This document shows positions 8,060 to 10,569 of a stretch of DNA of 10,569 bases, in pieces. The notes under the pieces were generated by a model, which saw only the letters and a list, made by a program, of their open reading frames with translations, was not told the DNA's origin and did no database searches. Position 1 is the first letter of the stretch. Each line of letters starts with the position of its first letter. A program made the position numbers and the translations under genes. The DNA is from Bdellovibrionota bacterium (lineage in GTDB: Bacteria > Bdellovibrionota_C > UBA2361 > OMII01): positions 1-10,569 of the forward strand of contig JBIJBE010000066.1 in NCBI GenBank assembly GCA_044345405.1, read 5' to 3'.

Positions 8060-8422
8060 CTAGGAGAGTCGTACGCGCTTGATATACTTGGACATCACGT
8101 AGGTAAAGAAAACCTGATCGAGCTTCGTAATTTCGCTTTCCTGAACGTAGTCGTCGCTCTCCCCCGAGGTTTTGTTTTCGAAAGCAGTATCGGTGGATTC
8201 CGTATCGCTTTGAACTGAGATCGCTCGACCATTCCAGCCTCTGACCTGCGCGGCGATTTTTCGCAGTTCGCTTGAGGGTTGGAGAACGCTCTTGTCGCGC
8301 GCCGAAACAAGGTCCGTAACCTCGTTTTCTGATGAGGTAGCTTCGTTAAAAGCAAAGGTGGGCGTCACCACCGCTCCGACGAAGAGTGAAATAAGGATAA
8401 GGTAGTTAAGAGATGATCTCAT
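8060..8422 (-). CDS. Small hypothetical secreted protein
   Basis: 120-aa ORF with a Sec-type signal peptide (hydrophobic core, AFA cleavage site). Upstream region is AT-rich with a TAGAAT -10-like box at 8446-8451. Confidence 0.55.
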   Translation of the reverse strand: MRSSLNYLILISLFVGAVVTPTFAFNEATSSENEVTDLVSARDKSVLQPSSELRKIAAQVRGWNGRAISVQSDTESTDTAFENKTSGESDDYVQESEITKLDQVFFTYVMSKYIKRVRLS

Positions 8423-8508
8423 ATGCTCAATTTTTCTTTTTTCCCTATTCTACTCGGTCTTGTTGGTCGGTGGAACGGAAAGAGCGTTAGGAGTGGATGA
8501 GCGATGTG

Positions 8509-9021
8509 TTAGTGAGGGATAACGCTTGTGGCTTCAGTTATATCGAGAGCTGTCGAGCCGTCTCCCTGAGGAGCGCCACCGCCCAGGAGGATCGTCATCG
8601 CCCATAAGAAGGTAAGTGTGGTGTACACCGTCCGTACTTCCTCTGGAAGTCTCCAGGCGATCACCGACACCGCGGCTCCCCAGACCTCGAAAAATGGGAA
8701 TCTATCGTACGCATGGAGCTGAAAGGCGCAAACTCCAAGAACCGCTGCTATCACAGCAGGTGAGAAAGTGATCTTGACGCAGAATACGACCGTCATCAAA
8801 AGGACGCTGATAAAAAGCTGCCAGCTTGCTGGCGTGTTTGAATACAAGGCTATCGGCAGTGAAAGGAAAACCGTCGCGATGGCGAGCGCATAACCCGCTT
8901 TTAGGGACCCGGTTGGACGGCTAGTCTGCATCTCTCTCCAGTACCGTCGCTGTCGTTTGCAACAGGCGAATATTAAGATGATGATGAGGCCGGTGGCGGC
9001 TACTTTTAAATAGTCAGTCAT
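8509..9021 (-). CDS. Hypothetical integral membrane protein
   Basis: Several hydrophobic segments with a basic loop (KRQRR) after the first. ATG 9021 follows a GGAG SD. Confidence 0.6.
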   Translation of the reverse strand: MTDYLKVAATGLIIILIFACCKRQRRYWREMQTSRPTGSLKAGYALAIATVFLSLPIALYSNTPASWQLFISVLLMTVVFCVKITFSPAVIAAVLGVCAFQLHAYDRFPFFEVWGAAVSVIAWRLPEEVRTVYTTLTFLWAMTILLGGGAPQGDGSTALDITEATSVIPH

Positions 9022-9359
9022 ATCTCTCCAAAAGGCTTGGTACCTCTTTACTTGCAATGGTGAGCGGTCGGCCCCGTATACTCAAGTTTTTATGTGTTAG
9101 CTTTTTGTTTTGGGAAAACAGCTGGGGCGTTTGTTCAGGGGAGGATTCAGAAAAGGCAATTTTCTCTGAATTATCGCCACTATCAGCCTCTTCCTGTACC
9201 GGGGCTCCCCCACAAAGATAGCTAAGAAGAGTGGCTCGGGGCCGGCACGACTCAACACACCAACTGAGGCTTCAGTCCAATCTATACCGCTAGATAGCGG
9301 GCATTAGATACACGTGTCCCCTGCGAACCGGAGAACGCAAAAATTCTTAGATAGATAAA

Positions 9360-10334
9360 CTAGCGCGCAAGTGCGTTCGCAAGCTTCGGCATGGATGGTG
9401 GATACAATCCAGGGGGATACGGCACTGTCACATCCCCTAGCTTCCATCTTTCCCTAACCGCTCTCGCCTTGGTCATGAGCGCCTTAAAAAATCTGATGAA
9501 TTCTAATCGAGCACTACGCTTCTCTGAGAGGCACCACATGCGGCGCCCCTTTCGGCTGGGGCGATAGGTTATGTCGAGTACTTGCGCAATAAGACGCTCT
9601 CTCCCAAAGACACGTTTCTTTTCCTGCGCTCTCTTCTTCTCAGCCCGTTCCTCAAGCAATCTGATGTGCCTAATCAGTCTCCCATTTAGTTTTTTCTGCT
9701 CCTCTGGGGAGTGGTAGCCAAACGACTCCATCCAGGCGTTAGGCTCAAGAGTGAATGTCTGTACCTCCTCCGAGGCATCCAGGAGTTCCTCAGCTAGTTT
9801 TGTATATCCTCGAAGGTTGTTGGCATCTCGCGTGATGGGAGTAAACAGTGGTCGCCTTAAACGCTTCCACCGACGGGTGAGGTTACCTGACTGAAACATC
9901 TTCCAAGTTGAGAACCCGGGATACCTATCGATGGAGGTTTCTAAGTTGTCCTTGGCTGGATTGGCATAGAGATACGCTATCGCCATCAAAGCTCTCACAG
10001 GGGTTAGAACGATGGGACTGTCGTAGCCCTCGCACCAGAGAGTCCGCTTATTACGGCCGAGGAGTCCGTTAATCATGTGCGCCGATTCAGTTTTGAAGTG
10101 ACGAAAGAACGCATTTACGTCGTCAGGGTCTATGACCACCAAAATCAGGTGGATGTGGGTTGCCTCCACAATCATGTGACAGATCCGTACGGGGTAAAGC
10201 TGTGTTGCCGCCGCAAGACAGCTCTTTACGATCGCCTGACACAGTGGATTGGCTAAAAGTAATAGTCCCTCCTCAAGGCTAAACGTACAAAACAGCACGC
10301 TCCCGTGAGGGTGGTATTTCATCTTATCGTTCAT
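9360..10334 (-). CDS. HUH/Y1 tyrosine transposase, RAYT (REP-associated)-like, with long C-terminal extension
   Basis: HUH motif THIHL, LW...YDS, and a catalytic Tyr in YLYANPAKDNL...RYPGFS (RAYT-type YxxxNP). At 324 aa it is much longer than IS200 TnpA. No tnpB adjacent within the window. Confidence 0.85.
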   Translation of the reverse strand: MNDKMKYHPHGSVLFCTFSLEEGLLLLANPLCQAIVKSCLAAATQLYPVRICHMIVEATHIHLILVVIDPDDVNAFFRHFKTESAHMINGLLGRNKRTLWCEGYDSPIVLTPVRALMAIAYLYANPAKDNLETSIDRYPGFSTWKMFQSGNLTRRWKRLRRPLFTPITRDANNLRGYTKLAEELLDASEEVQTFTLEPNAWMESFGYHSPEEQKKLNGRLIRHIRLLEERAEKKRAQEKKRVFGRERLIAQVLDITYRPSRKGRRMWCLSEKRSARLEFIRFFKALMTKARAVRERWKLGDVTVPYPPGLYPPSMPKLANALAR

Positions 10335-10569
10335 GGAAGACTATTCGGAGAGTCGGATGGAATGTTTCGAATGGGGTGAGGAAAAGTGGTCGAGCCAGGG
10401 ACAAACCAAAAGATTACGGTGAGAGTGGCCCGGCTACAGGTGCGAAGAGTAGCCCCCCTACAGGCGAAAAAACAGCACGCTCCCGTGAGGGTGATATTTC
10501 ATCTTATCGTTCATGGAAGACTATTCGGAGAGTCGGATGGAATGTTTCGAATGGGGTGAGGAAAAGTGG
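10289..10569. repeat. Direct repeat of at least 101 bp (10289-10389 and 10469-10569), period 180 bp, covering the transposase 5' end and upstream region
   Basis: The copies are identical except g10314/a10494. The second copy runs off the window edge. Confidence 0.95.
10422..10464. repeat. Two tandem 19-bp REP-like units
   Basis: agagtggcccggctacagg (10422-10440) and agagtagcccccctacagg (10446-10464) match at 16/19. Related motifs lie at 9193-9206 (inverted) and 9228-9241. Confidence 0.55.

Noticed and set aside
9145-9300. Hairpins at about 9145-9171 and 9287-9300 as terminators
   Set aside because: The stems are weak or short and lack a convincing U-tract in the proper orientation.
9360-10334. 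Classical IS200/IS605 element with TnpB or omega-RNA
   Set aside because: No tnpB or RuvC/zinc-finger motifs in the window. The NP motif and length fit RAYT-like proteins better.
10289-10569. CRISPR array interpretation of the repeats
   Set aside because: Only two copies of a ~100-bp unit that includes coding sequence. No repeat-spacer pattern and no cas genes.

Overview
Bacterial chromosomal window. The left two-thirds is housekeeping. It holds a minus-strand tRNA-Ile2(CAU) flanked by partial copies of itself, a coiled-coil/C4 zinc-ribbon gene, RNase P RNA (rnpB) and a convergent shikimate cluster (aroK-aroE-aroD-aroC). Two convergent lipoprotein genes follow (DUF3313-like, DUF4397-like). 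The right third is accessory: a TIGR02996/LRR-like protein, two small hypotheticals, and a long RAYT-like HUH/Y1 tyrosine transposase. The transposase is flanked by short GTAG-containing repeats, and its 5' end is duplicated (101 bp). The most notable unexplained signals are: (i) the RAYT with candidate REP-like repeats and a duplicated start region; (ii) a tRNA-shaped element with an expanded anticodon arm upstream of tRNA-Ile2, plus an antisense copy of the tRNA 3' end downstream; (iii) a possible Tyr-Tyr leader ORF and a CRP-like box in the aroE-aroD spacer. Family assignments come from motif recognition only; no searches were run.
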